A stretch of 64,000 nt of DNA. Source: Zancudomyces culisetae HAW-14-8. Taxonomy: Eukaryota; Fungi; Kickxellomycota. The notes beneath the pieces were generated by a model. It saw only the letters and a list, made by a program, of their open reading frames with translations, was not told the DNA's origin and ran no database searches. Positions 12,126 to 25,584 of this stretch are shown here, one piece after another. The stretch is from the NCBI GenBank assembly GCA_052426225.1, contig JBNJNM010000010.1, forward strand, positions 930,001 to 994,000, written 5' to 3'. The number at the start of each line of letters is the position of its first letter. Position 1 is the first letter of the stretch. A program made the translations under genes and the position numbers.

Positions 12126-13094
12126 TAGGGAAAGGTAGAATTTATTATTTATTTCAACCAAACCCAATAGTGGTACCAAGGTAAGATGCACAATATTGTC
12201 GTCTTATGAGTTCTGTTAGAGCGGCGCGTCTTCAGAACGGTAAATATCATTTAACTAGTTTCTACTTTCTAGTTAATATTATTCGGAACCGAAACATACT
12301 GAAAAGATTAAATTCAAAAATCTTTTATCACACTAGATTAAATCCCTCCAACGTTCGAAAGATCTAGGTGGAAATAAGAAATGGGGGTAAAACAAATCCG
12401 ATGTCCAATCATTTGGGCGAAGAGGTCCTCCCTTCCAAACCGTTCGGGAGTTGGGTAAAACATCAAACCCAAACTGTTCATCACTTCAAAACTGACTGAA
12501 CTTTTGGTAACTTAAATTGGGAATTAAATTTATGAATACAATTTAGAATAACATAGCAGATAAAAAGCAGGGACACAGTCCAAATTATAATAAAGTAAAA
12601 CTAATCATAACCAGCAAAGAAAATGTAAATTGAAATTTAATTGAGTTGAAATACTAAAAATCAAATCAGACTCCAAATCAAACAAAATCGAAATTTAATC
12701 TTATATATCTAAAAGATTATCCAACTTTCAACGGTTTAACAAGCTTTCTAAACAATACTAACTACAACAATAATCTTATAATAATATCTTATATATTTAA
12801 ATATAACTAAAATACAAATATAATAAAAACTAATATACAAATAAAAAACAATATAAAAATACAAAATAAAAATTATAACAAGACATAACCGGAAAAGATA
12901 TAGAGAAAGAACGGTGGAACTCGAAATCGATAACAAATAATAACAAAAGACAACACAAACACACAGCAAACACTCCAGGGTACTACAACTACCAGTACTG
13001 CAACCACAGGAACAGCACCCAAGATTTGTTGGGATTGAAATTAGTTTACAGATTAGAGATTGTGATTCTAATTCACTTATTTTTCTATTCTATA

Positions 13095-16000
13095 GTCTCA
13101 TTTCAAATATTTTAAAACCAGCTCGACTGGGTCGTAGCGGACTCAGGCAGCTTATCAGCGGTGTACACAACCTTAAAATATACTCTACCAAAAACAAGAT
13201 CTTTCAAAAAGTTAAAAAAAATACATAATTAAAAAACTCAAAAACTAATATAAATTAAAACAACTACAAAAACAAAATCAAAAAAAAATGAATACCAACA
13301 ACCATACAACAACTGTAGGAACTGCTAAACGCAGTATCTAAACTACGCTGCCAAAGTACAGCAGCTTTGTTAAACTTTCTAACTCAGCTCAGTCTGACTT
13401 AGAGCGCATCTCGGTTCTCCACCTTTTAACAGGAGAGAAACCACAAGATCTCCTTCTCCGTATAGGGGGAGGTGAATGCAAAATTGGAATTAGCCTCGAA
13501 CACTTTGCATTCAATCGCGATGAGGCTTTTGAATGCATCGGTCAGGCAATTAACAACGCGTATGCGAACTTCGATATGAATCTACAGACCAATACCTGTT
13601 CATCACCTTTTATGAAAAAAAGCATCTTGATGAATTCAGATCCAAAGATCTGATATATAATGGAAAATGTCGAAAAAATAAGAACTGCAGAGCTTAGTGA
13701 CAGGCTCTTAAACATCACCATACCAACTAGACTGGATAGTACTTTGCCATACACACTGTTGGAAATCAAGAATACCCTTGGAGGTCTAGGAACAATACAC
13801 GACATCAAAGCATGGAAGTCAAAAAAAGCTAATTTTTTTGCGGCAAACTACACCAACATACTTTTTGAGCTAGAGGAGGGAAAAAAGGAAAAGATCCCCC
13901 CGACTCTAAAAGTAAATGATAAGGAATTGAGATGGTTCTGGAAGGGCAGTCCAAAACAGTGCAACCATTGCAAAGTATTTGGACACATCAGAGAGAAATG
14001 CCCAGTCTGGATAGCAGAGGCCTTTGGTTCTGGCTCAGAAAATAGAGCCAAGATAAAAAACCTTCCAGTACCAAAAATAAACCCTCGACAAGCGCAATAT
14101 CAACAACAGCAAGAACAACAACACAGCCAGATCAAAATGCGGTTACCAAAAACCAAGATAAACAAAAGAACAAAGACGATGACGTGAATAGTGAAGCTAT
14201 AAATACTGCTCAGGGAGAATCAGTCATTATCACGTTAAACAATATAGGTGTAAACGATACACAGAGCCACACTTATACCTACGAAGATAATGAAATGGAA
14301 GCCGAAACAACCGAAACAAGTAACAATACAGAAAACCAAACCACACACGAAAAAAACCAAACACTACAAAATATTGAAACTGGTTAGCCGTTGACGAAAA
14401 AAACTTGGACAACTCCCCACAACCAAACACACCACTCATAAACACAAATGATATCCAGCTACGGCGCTCACTCAGAAACGCCAATAAACCCCCAAAATCT
14501 TTAAGAATTATTAATGTTTTATACAAAAAAATATTGAAAAACCAAAAAAAATTATAAAAGAGAAAAACAATAAAAACAAAAAACTTAAAACTATAAATAT
14601 TATATATTTTACCTTGAATCGTAACACTAGATTTAGTCGTTTAGTCGTTTCCATTTTATTTTATATAATAGGTACAATGAAAATATTTCAATATGATATT
14701 ACTAAAAAAATTAGAAAAGAAAAGAAACTGAAATTAGAAAAATAATTACTATAAAAAAAAATATCAGAATGAAAAAAATACATGGAAAAAAAAATGGAGA
14801 AAAATTTCTTAAATTTTTTTTTGTTTTTTTTCATTTTGATAACAAATAATAATGTATAAGAAATTGAAATATCATTTATTATAAATAGATTATACGTTAA
14901 TTTTATGTAGTTGGAACGTCCGTGGATTGTCAACCACACAAAAAAGGACATAAATTTTTGCACACTTATAACAAATAACAAATGGAAAAATTATTTGTTT
15001 ACAAGAGGTGCACATAAAAGATGAAGAAATTAATTATTGGACTGAACAATGGGGCGGCCAACAGTGTGGAGTAAACATTGTGCATTACTAATTAATGATT
15101 CAAGGTTGAAAATTACTGTCAGCAATATATTAGCAGAGGGTAGAGTAATAAAGGCTACTGTTGAAGGACAGGAGCTAGAAAAACCATTGAATATATTATA
15201 CCCTGGTGAGTATCATTACACTTGGAATAGCGAAGGAAGGAAATCTAATGCAAGAATTGACCATATTCTTGTCTCTAAAAACACATCCAATCACTTTAAA
15301 AAGATGACTATTGAGGGCGGACCGTATTCCGATCAATAGGTTTTATGTGTTGAAAGAGAGATTTTAGAGCCAAAAAATAAAATTAAACCTTTATGGAAGC
15401 TAAATTGCAGGTATCTGACCGATCCTGAGTGTATTGATGAGGTTACTGAATTGTTGGAGAACATGGATTGCAATAATGATGACGAAATCCTTACCAGATG
15501 GAGCATCATTAAGCAATGTAATAAAATAATAAGCATCATATGTGGCCTAAAATACGTATCTGACAATGATATATCATCATTAAAAGATATATTATCCAAG
15601 CAGAAACATCGACTTCATAGGACAAAAGACATAGATGCCATCCGGGTTGTTTACAGGCAAATAGATATTACTGAAGGGAAGATCCGGGAGCATATGACGC
15701 CAAAATGCAGGGCATAATGGTCAGATCCAGAGCTAAATTGGCCGAAAAAGGAAAAAAATCTAACAAATATTTCTTCTCTAGGCCCAAATCCAGAGAAAAA
15801 TGCCAAATTATGACATCATTATTGGATATGGAAGGCCATCCGGATGACAGTTTGGATGATATCAGTAGGATAGCCAGTCAATTCTATCATAATCTGTTCT
15901 CATCAGAGCCAACTGATGAAGTATCACAGGATTATATGCTAGAAAGACTAACATCTAGGGTCTCGGAAGACCAATCAGAGATGTTGGAGGCACCAATCTC

Positions 16001-18430
16001 ACTTCAGGAGGTGCTAATGGTAATCAGGGAGCTACCAGATAACAAGTCTCCCGGTCCGGATGGCATTAGTTTTGAATTATACAAGAAATTTGGTATTATT
16101 ATTGCCAAAATTCTGGTTAATATATTCAATACTGAGGGCATTAATCAATGGAATGAGGCACTAGGGGGTTCAGTGAACACACTGTTACCCAAATCAGGGG
16201 ATATTCGAAACATTAGAAACTGGAGACCCATCTCGTTGTCTAATTGTGACGAAAAAATCCTAACCAAAGTACTAGCAAACAGATTACTAAGGGTTATGAA
16301 AGACATTATACACCCCAGTCAATGTGGATTTGTCAAGGACCGATCAATAATAGACAACATCTTGTTGAAAAAGTTCAAGATTGATGGAGGTAGACAAAAA
16401 AAAATCATATTGATGGATACGTAGTAATGTTGGATCAGGAAAAGGCTCATGATAGGGTAGATTGGGGGTATATGTACAGATGCCTCACAAAAATGGGCAT
16501 CGGTACCGGCTTTACTAGGTATCTTAAAGCTATATACATGGGAGCCAAGACAAGAGTAAAGATCAATGGCGGGCTTACAGAGCCCATGAAGATCACCAGA
16601 GGTCTCCGTCAGGGCGACCCACTGTCACCGTTGCTTTAAACATCGTTATAGAACCTTTATTGGTCTACCTGCGAGTCATGCTCAAAGGTTTGAAGACAAC
16701 TGGACTCGAATTCAGGACATCTGCATACGCGGATGACATATCTGTAGGTATTAGTGACAGGGATGATACAGACATTCTTGAAATGGGACTGGAGCTGCAT
16801 TGCAAGGCATCTAATGCAAGGGTTAATCGCGGTAAAACAGTAGCCATCAGCATCGGAAAACCATCTGAAATTGATGGTTTTTACTCTGTGTTGCATAAGG
16901 AAGCAAATTTCAGATACTTGGGAATCACTTTTAACTCTTATGGAATTAACCAAAAATTTATGGAGGACAAGCTGCTTTTGGATATAGACGCAAAGGCTAA
17001 AATACTAAGCAAGAGGCATCTATCAATATCCGGTAAGGTACTACTAACAAATACCTTCTTACCATCTAAGGTTTGGTTCAGTGCCCAGGTCATACCGTTT
17101 GGAAAACATTTCAGGATAAACACAAAAAATTAGTCAAGAATTTTATTTGAACAGATAAAAATCAAGAATTGGGATCAAAAAACTTGAACTCCCTGAGGAT
17201 ATGGGAGGTTGGGGACTAATCCTCATTGATTTCCAGTTGAATTCCTTATTTTTCAAATGGGGATTTGATTATATTTCGAGGTTAATGGAAAATATTGAAA
17301 ATTGCAAATTATTGTGGCAAGAAATAGCGGAAAACCAATTGTACTTTGCAATTAATTCCAAAAAATATGATAGCGGTGAAATTGAGCTCTCAGACGCTTT
17401 TTTTGATGAAAAAATGACTTTTAATGTGCCAAAAACGGAAATTTCTGGTCATAATTTGCCAATTTATACGATAAATCCATCTAATCGATATCTCAAACGT
17501 TAAAAATTGGGAAATTATTGGAAAAAAAAATACTATGCGTTAATTTTGTTAAGAATTTGATTGATATATCACTGTACAAAATAAATATATTATTATTGAA
17601 GCAATTGGGTATTAAAAATGTATACGATTTCTTCGGTAATTGTAATAAAATACTGAGTAATGATGATATATCAAAATATTCAATTGAAATTGGATCGAAA
17701 TCAAAGTAATTTTATTTAAGTAAAGTCGATGAACAAAATTTTTTTGAGACTGAAAATAGTGCAAAACTCACCAGTATACCAAAGGGAAGCTGTCCATTTT
17801 GATTAGTGTAGAATGGTCCTACAAAACAAAAATGGCACGGCGATACCTAGAGGTTCATCTTGTAGTAACAGAACAGAGACCAAAAATAGAACCAAACTAC
17901 AAGACAATGGGAATAGAAGGCAGCAGTCTAGAAGACTTTAGTTGGAAACGACTTCGCAATTTGAACGTACAGCCAAAAATTAAAAGTTTCTTAAGGCTAA
18001 TGTACCACGGTGGCATCATAACAGGAAAGGACATAAAAACATGGAACAGAAGTTGCGGAAAAATATATGGCGATATTCGCTGTATCTTTTGTAATATGGA
18101 CGATGAAGACTACAAATATTTGCTATACGGCTGTAGTCGAATGCAATAATATTGGAAAAAGATAAGCTAATTTATTGATGGAGGTGAAGATGAAAACAGA
18201 ACAGATAACAATATATCTATACAAGATATCTATAATACGTTTAATAAATATAAAGGAAAAATACCCGGAAGAAATATTGTACATGCACTGGCAATATGGA
18301 ACATTCACCGCGCTAGAACCGAAAGCTCGTTGTCGAATGTCAACTTTAACGGGACTGGACTGTTTCATCGTTTTCGTGGAATGCTTCGAGAAAAGATCAA
18401 CAAAATTACTAGTACCAAACGCTAAATAGA
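13095..18430 (+). mobile_element. L1/Tx1-like non-LTR retrotransposon (LINE), degenerate
   Basis: ORF1 (~13288-14390) with CNHCKVFGHIREKC knuckle. ORF2 has APE motifs (SWNVRGL, RIDHI, SDQ) and RT motifs (KSPGPDG, NWRPISL, LDQEKAHDRVDW, GLRQGDPLSPLL, AYADD) plus a C-terminal CIFC...C. Many stops and frameshifts; ends approximate. Confidence 0.9.
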
Positions 18431-18829
18431 TTTAAACGAACAATGCTTAAAGCCAAATGTTCGTGGTTCTCTATTGAGCTAGGAGAGGAAATATATATCG
18501 ATGAATATTCGTATCGTCCTTTTCGTTTTACTTTTTTAACCTATATTGAGCGTATTATGTATATATTTTTTTAGAGAAATTGAAGATTTTGGTATAATTT
18601 TAGTTTAGGGAATTGCTTAATCCTAGAAAAAAAATGTATTTATGAATTATGAATATATTTAAGTTAAAAAAAAAATATATTTAAATAAAATAAAATAAAA
18701 AAAAATTTAATAATTTATAATTAATTATATTGTTAAAAAATTAAACATAAAAACATAAAAATTTAAAATTTATAAAATTACAAAATAACAAAAAATTATC
18801 AATTATTAAAGTTTAACAACAAAAACAAA

Positions 18830-21800
18830 ATGTTTATTAAAAGAGCAGAAAAGTTGAGAGAGGATACTACTGATGATGAATCAGAGGAGGTCGAAGTACA
18901 GGAGACGAGCACTCCTGAACCAACAATTGACCGAATACCTCTAAATATGAACTTTACGTTCAACAGAGGAATTCCAGATGTAGCAATGTTCGATAGCAAC
19001 ACTACTACAAACGTGGAAGAATGGCTCGATAGGTATGAGCTAATGGCTAGGATCAACAGCTGGATGGAAAAAGATAAGATTAATTTCTTAGAATTGTTTT
19101 TAACGGGGAAAGACCTTCGATGGTACAAGATCAATAGGTCTAAACTAGAAAAATGGAAAAAATTTGTGAGGAATTCCTGGAAAAGTTTGAAGTTAAAAAC
19201 AGAGAGGCACGAGCGTGGAATCAACCGCAAAGCCTTAAACAAAGTGACTACCTCGACTTTGAAGATTTCGAGACGGAGTTCAGCAAACTGGTCTCAACAG
19301 TCGATATTAAAGACGAACGGATCAGACTTAAGTTTTTTGTAGACGCTCTTAACCCCAAGTATCAAAGGCAAATTTTAAAAGCCAAAGTTAAGGATGTCAA
19401 ATCTGCCATAGCAATAATCCAGGCAGAAGAGGATGTCGAGAAAATATTACCTACTGTCAGGGAAACATCAGAAAAACCAAAAAGCACTAGTAGGAAGGTG
19501 ATGAAGGTACATAAATCTAATGAGGGTCCAGATATGTACGAGGCGTTGATTAAAAAGTTTGACGAGCTTTCACTTAATCTTCTAGCTAGATTAGAAAAGA
19601 GACCCAATTACTCTGAAAAGTCTGCTCCACAACCAAGAAGACCGTTCAAGAAAGTGGAATGTACATACTGCAAAAGGCCAGGGCATGAGGCCGCAGCGTG
19701 CTACAAGAGGCAGAAGGACCAAAAACAAGAAATTAACTGCATAGAGATAGAAAGAAAAACAGATGGAAACAAAGATACGGAACTCTATGCAGTGGACAAA
19801 CGGAAGAGAGACGAAAACAATGGCATGGATTTTCAGCCAGCTCATGCAAAAATCCGTGTGGCACAAAAAGAACCTAACAAAACGGGGCCAGTAATCAAAC
19901 CAGCTACCCTAAGAGTTAGGAAGAAAATGGATATTAGACTATCGGAGAACATTCAAAAGTTTTCGATAGGTTCAGAGTTGGATAAATTAAAACCAGATAT
20001 TTCACTTGGTCAACTGTTACAGTCTTCACCCGAAATCAGGAAAGAGTTGGTCGATCTCTTTAAGAAGATAGAAGCCAAGGAGCTGAACACCATTGTAGAA
20101 GATAGGACAACCACCACAAACTGCAAAGCTTACATTGAAGTATTTGGAAAGCACCAGCTCACAGTTATTGATACAGGTGCAGCATGATCAGTAATCTCAG
20201 AGCAATTTGTAGAATGTTAGGTTTAAAAATTGAGCAAAAAGATCACTCAATGCTCATAACCGCTGATGGCACCAAGCATGAGACACTGGGAATAATCAGA
20301 GATGTTCCATTTGTTATAGCAGGGTTCATCTTCCCAGGAGATTTAGTAGTTATGGAAGGAGGATTAAACCGGATGGTGTTGGGAGCAGATTGGTTACTGA
20401 AACACCAGGCCAACATCGATTTGTGCAACATGGAGCTGCTCTTACCAACGGTAGAAGGGGACGTTGTAGTTTCACTGATGATAACTGAAACAGATGGTCC
20501 AAAACAGAAAAACGAGTATGAATACTACTCGATGATCAAGGAAGTCGATAACCGCGAACTGAAAGAAGAACTACCAGAAAATATTGCAGAAGTGCTCAAA
20601 GAGTATGCAGAGATATTCGTGGATGACTTGCTAGAACTCCAGCAAACAAATGTGTTGGAACACAGTATTGATACTGGAGATTCAAACCCAGTAAGAGTGC
20701 GACCATACAGAATAGCTCACCACCTAAGGGAACAGGTGAGGGAAGAACTAAAAATTATGGAACAAAGAGGGATCATAGAGCCATGTCAATCAGACTGGTG
20801 CGCACCGGTAGTTGTAGTCAAAAAGAAAAACGGAAAACTTCGGATCTGTTCTGACTACCGCAAACTCAACATGATTACCAGAAAAGATCTTTATCCTCTA
20901 CCCATAATTGACGACATACTGGCAGCATTCGGAGAAGCAGGAGTATTCAGTGTAGTCGATGCCATGAGTGGATTCTGGCAGGTACGTATGAACAGCGCGG
21001 ATAAACACAAGACCGCGTTTGCATTACCAGGTGATGGTATGTATTGCTATAATGTAATGCCGTTTGGATTATGCAATAGTCCGGCAACATTCCAAAAGAT
21101 GATGGAACGAGTACTGGCAAAAGTACTCTGGAAGTTTGCTATTGTGTTTGTAGATGACATAATCATCTATTCAATGAACACAGAATACCACACTCAACAC
21201 CTTAGAGAAGTGTTTGAGTTATTGAAGCAACACAAGGTGCAACTCCACAAAGAAAAATGTGAGTTTGCAAAGACCGAAATCAAGTATCTGGGATATACGG
21301 TCTCTAAACATGGCATTTCTACCAACAAGGATAAAATAGAGGCCATGGAAAAAGTAACCGCACCAAGGAACGTCAAAGAGATTCAATCGTTCTTGGGGCT
21401 CACAGGTTACTACAGAAAATTTATAGAGGGATACGCATTGATAGTAAAGCCGCTTACAGAGCTATTAAAGAAGGACGTACCCTGGACTTGGAGCGCAAGT
21501 TGTGAAGAGTCGGTTAAAACACTAATTAAAAAACTAACAGAAGCACCGACTCTGGCACACCCAAATTGGGAACAGGCATTTATACTCACAACGGATGCAT
21601 CTGGAATTGGATTGGGGGCAATTCTATCTCAAGTACAAAATGGGGAAGAAAGACCCATAGCATATGCCAGTAGAACAAACAACAGGCATGAACAGAACTA
21701 CTCAATCACACACTTGGAAGGATTGGCAGTAGTTTGGGGAGTCAAAAAGTTTAAGCACTACCTGTGGGGAAGGAGGTTCAAGATTCGAACCGACCATATG

Positions 21801-23896
21801 GCATTGTTAAAAGTTTTTGATTTTCAAGAGTTAAATGGAAGAGTCGCTAGATGGGCCATGTTCCTAAGAGAGTACGACTTTGAATTGGAGCATTGCCGCG
21901 GTCCAAATAATCCTACTGATTATTTATCCAGGAACGTAGAGACCGGAGAAAAAGAAAACAAGATAACAAAGTATGAGGAACTAATGGTAATCGATGTTTT
22001 ACATCATAAAGCCATTGAGAACTACCTCAGAGATTTCAGCTACCCGCTACGAGCTGATGAGGAGTTCAGAGCCAAGCTAAGAAAAAGAGCAAAGCCGTAT
22101 AAACTAGTAAACGGTAAAGTATGCAAGTACTCTAGGGAATCAGGAATCCGAGAAGTGTTACACAGCGACAATGCTAAGTTAATGATAAGAGAAATTCATG
22201 AAGAAGGACACGAAGGGATATTAAACACTCTCAATAGAGTGAAAAATAAATATGTAGGAAGAGGCTTGCGTAAAATTGTAGAAGATGTGGTACAAGAATG
22301 CGAACGGTGCCAAAAATTTGAAGAAGGCGAATTTAGAAGAACGGAAATGCATCCGATAATTGCGCCTGCACCATTCCAAATCATGGGTATAGATGTAGTA
22401 GGACCCATTAACCCTATATCAAAATCTGGGAATAGATTTATCATCACAGCGATAGACTATTTTACTAGGTGGCCCATTGCGGTACCAGTAACAAATTTCC
22501 AGTCAGAAACCATTGTAGAATTTCTATTAAGTAAGGTAGTACAGGAGTTTGGAGTACTAACTCAGTTATTTTCAGACAGAGGCAGTTCATTTGTATCAGA
22601 AATAACTTCGGAGTTATACAAGCAGTTGGGAATAAAACACACACCAACTACTGCTTTCAGGCCTCAGACTAACGGACAAGTCGAGAGATTTCATAGAACA
22701 TTTAAGAATGTCTTAGAAAAATATGCGTTATGGACAGAGACAACTGGGATAGTTATATTTGGAAAGCCCTACTGGTTGTTAGATCAATGAAAAACAGTTC
22801 TACTGGGTTCAGTCCATCAGAGATGTTATATGGTATAAAAATGCAAACACCATCAACTTGGATGCCGCCGGCTGAAATTGATAACTTAGAGGATGAGATA
22901 TTGCAGAGAATGAGAGTCGTGCAGATCAGTATTCCAAAGATGAGAGAAAAAGCCATGGAAAATAACGCAAAGTCAAAGTCAGTAATGAAGCAGAGATACG
23001 ACAAAGTGGTAAAGCGTTATCAGTTCAAAGAAGGAGACCTAGTATTAAAAAGAATAAGTGGACCTGGAGGCAAGTTTGACCCAATCTGGGAAGGTCCTTA
23101 CGAAATCATCAAGTGTTACACGAAAGGCGTGTATTTGATCAAAGACCCAGACGGAAACATGGATACAGTGAACGGCAATAGATTAAAGGCCTACAAGTAT
23201 TCAAAAAGAATGGTCCCCGAAGTAGTGCCAAGTTCTTTAAGAACTAAGATCAGAAGATACAGGAATTAATCACGGAGCGAAAGCTGGAGGGGAGACATTG
23301 TTGTATGCAAAAGCATCAACTTAAATAAACCGCTTTCATTGCAGCAAATAGCAGAGAAATCAATTTTGAAAAAATTGTTTCCTGCGCAATTCAATTTAGA
23401 GTATAAAAATTATGACCATGTCATAAATTTTTGTCAATTTTACAGCCAATTTAATAGTACTAATCGATTTATTTTTTAATCGAATCGATTTTATACTTTA
23501 TTAATGGATATATTTTTAATCAATTTTATTAGTAAATTCTTAGTATAAATTGAAAAAATTTGTAAATCCGACCAAAACCACACTAAAAGTAAAAATAAAC
23601 ATATATAGAGAGGCGTAATACTATTTTTTTAGTGTAAGGAAAGGGCCATTTTGGCTATATTTTCCAGGTTTTGAGAGGAATACATTTAACATAAATTTTT
23701 TTTACAAAAAATACTGGAAATTGTCCAGTTGTGTTCTTTCCGAGGGGGTTTTATAGATAGTGGTTAACTGGCTAGAAATGGTAAATCCTGTGTCAGTAAT
23801 AACCACCCTTCTAGGGAACCGTGATTGATATTAGTGGAAGTTTTTTGGGAAAGTCCTATTGGACTAGTACTAAAAAATATAAACGCATTCACAACA
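18830..23896 (+). mobile_element. Ty3/Gypsy element G1 (no chromodomain): frameshifted gag-pol, PPT and 3' LTR; 5' LTR not found
   Basis: CTYCKRPGHEAAAC knuckle, IDTGAA protease, FVDD RT, RNase H, integrase D-D-E and WEGPY. Three frame breaks (~19155, ~20185, ~22730). PPT GGAGGGGAGA at 23286-23295. Confidence 0.93.
23299..23896 (+). repeat. 3' LTR of G1
   Basis: Starts TGTTG a few bases after the PPT and ends CAACA (alternative end TTCACA at 23893). Confidence 0.75.
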
Positions 23897-23898
23897 CA

Positions 23899-24324
23899 TG
23901 TCATATAGTGGGCAGGAGAGCATGATGACTAATTAATTAGTCAGCATGCAAACGAACAAATTATTAGTTTGCGATAACTAATGAGGATCAGGTTTTTTCA
24001 CTATCGATGAAAATGACGTCATCTAGTTTTTTCTGATGACTCATAGTGTCGCAATACAAACGTTTGTTTAGTCATATAAATTTTAATAGTAATTTATTGT
24101 TTTAGTATTAAAGAAGTTTAGTTTCAGTATCTTAGTTTAAATTAATTTTAACTTAGAAAGAAAAAAAGTATAAAAAAGGGAAATATTTGACAAAATAAAG
24201 AAAAATATACAGAAAATAATCAGTTAAAAATATAATTACCTTGTTATAGTTAATAACAATAACTTAAAGAAATATTATAGAACAATTATAGTAAATACAT
24301 ATATTTTAGAAATAAAATATAACA
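23899..24324 (+). mobile_element. Solo LTR (TGTCATATAG...AAAATATAACA family)
   Basis: Both termini are shared with 25179-25581; followed by TCACAGT. Confidence 0.7.
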
Positions 24325-24331
24325 TCACAGT

Positions 24332-25174
24332 TGTCGCAATAAGCCGAATTGTAATGCAAATCCGAATAGTGTACAAGAAATTTTGTTGTACACTCATTGC
24401 GGAATGCCAATTTTTATAATTTTTATTGTCGTTTAAATTTTTGTTCAAATTAATTTCGACTCAGCATGAAATAAATTCTACATGCTGAGTCCATTCAATA
24501 ATGATGATTCTAGTACGAAATATGTTTTCATACTGAACATCAAATAATTTTAATGATTATGTGTTCCCACACATAATCTTAATTGCACGTATGCTGCAAT
24601 TATGAAACAAAACTATTAGTATACTTAACAGCATAATAATAGTGTATAGTTAATTTATTATATTGAAAAACTAGGTTAACATTTAAGTTTTTAATCATAT
24701 ATATAATTGATAGAGTAGTCTATTAGGTAAATTTATCCATCTCCTACTTTACGGATTAAATAGTATAGTTAATAAACTCAATAAAACAAACTTTAAAAGT
24801 ATATACATATAATAAATAACCAAACATCATGAACTATTTCTTTTATACCAAGAGTAAATCCAATAGGGATTCAGAAACTAGCTCCAGCCTGAGCACGGCT
24901 AGTAGCATGGACCAAGAGACTGGGGTTTTAAGTCCTCGGACTCTTGGGGAGTTGACAGAAAGTGTCCGTCAACTCCAAATCCGTAGGAGCCCAGAACCAA
25001 TGTCCGTGAGCAGTATCTCACCGACATTGTATAGGGGAAACAGCTCACCCGAGCACCCTATTATGCACATCACACTACGGGGTAGTGGTGCATCTTCATC
25101 AAGTGGTCATACCCGAACTGGTATGACACATGATGAACTTAATGATCATGGTTACACGAATTATGATTATTACG
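24332..25174 (+). mobile_element. LTR-like insertion (TGTCGC...TTACG) carrying a Ser-rich ORF
   Basis: TGT start, hairpin-rich 5' part and ORF from 24829; sits between two LTRs with TCAC(AGT) on both sides. Confidence 0.45.
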
Positions 25175-25188
25175 TCACTGTCATATAG
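24829..25188 (+). CDS. Hypothetical Ser-rich 119-aa ORF; last codons read into the next LTR
   Basis: GC-richer ORF in an AT-rich context; no recognisable domain. Confidence 0.3.
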   Translation: MNYFFYTKSKSNRDSETSSSLSTASSMDQETGVLSPRTLGELTESVRQLQIRRSPEPMSVSSISPTLYRGNSSPEHPIMHITLRGSGASSSSGHTRTGMTHDELNDHGYTNYDYYVTVI

Positions 25189-25581
25189 CGAAATGTTCGT
25201 GTTGGATTTTTTTCCGAAAGGTTTTTTTTATCCAATCGAACACCTAACAATAGTTTATTTTTATTCTTAATTATTTAGTATTTAATATTAAATAATGGCA
25301 CAAAGGTGCAGAGAAAAAACAACATATATAATTAGTTTTTTGAATCTAACTTTTTTTACATAATCAATAACTATTAGTTTTATTCTTATTACCAAATAAC
25401 ACTATCGTAAATAAACATATCAAGATTAATAGTATAAGTATCTAAGTATAAATATAATAATTAAAACATAAACAAGCATACACGGTTAAGATACTAGCTA
25501 CACAACCGGAACCAGAAGTAGCTGAATTAAACAGCAGGCTACTCAAACGTACTGATCAGATAGTACATAAAAAATATAACA
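25179..25581 (+). mobile_element. Solo LTR (TGTCATATAG...AAAATATAACA family)
   Basis: Same termini as 23899-24324 with a different interior; preceded by TCAC. Confidence 0.7.
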
Positions 25582-25584
25582 ACA

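Noticed and set aside
23899-25581. Treating LTRs 23899-24324 and 25179-25581 as the two LTRs of one element
   Set aside because: Only the ~10-bp termini match, the interiors differ, and no PBS or PPT lies between them.
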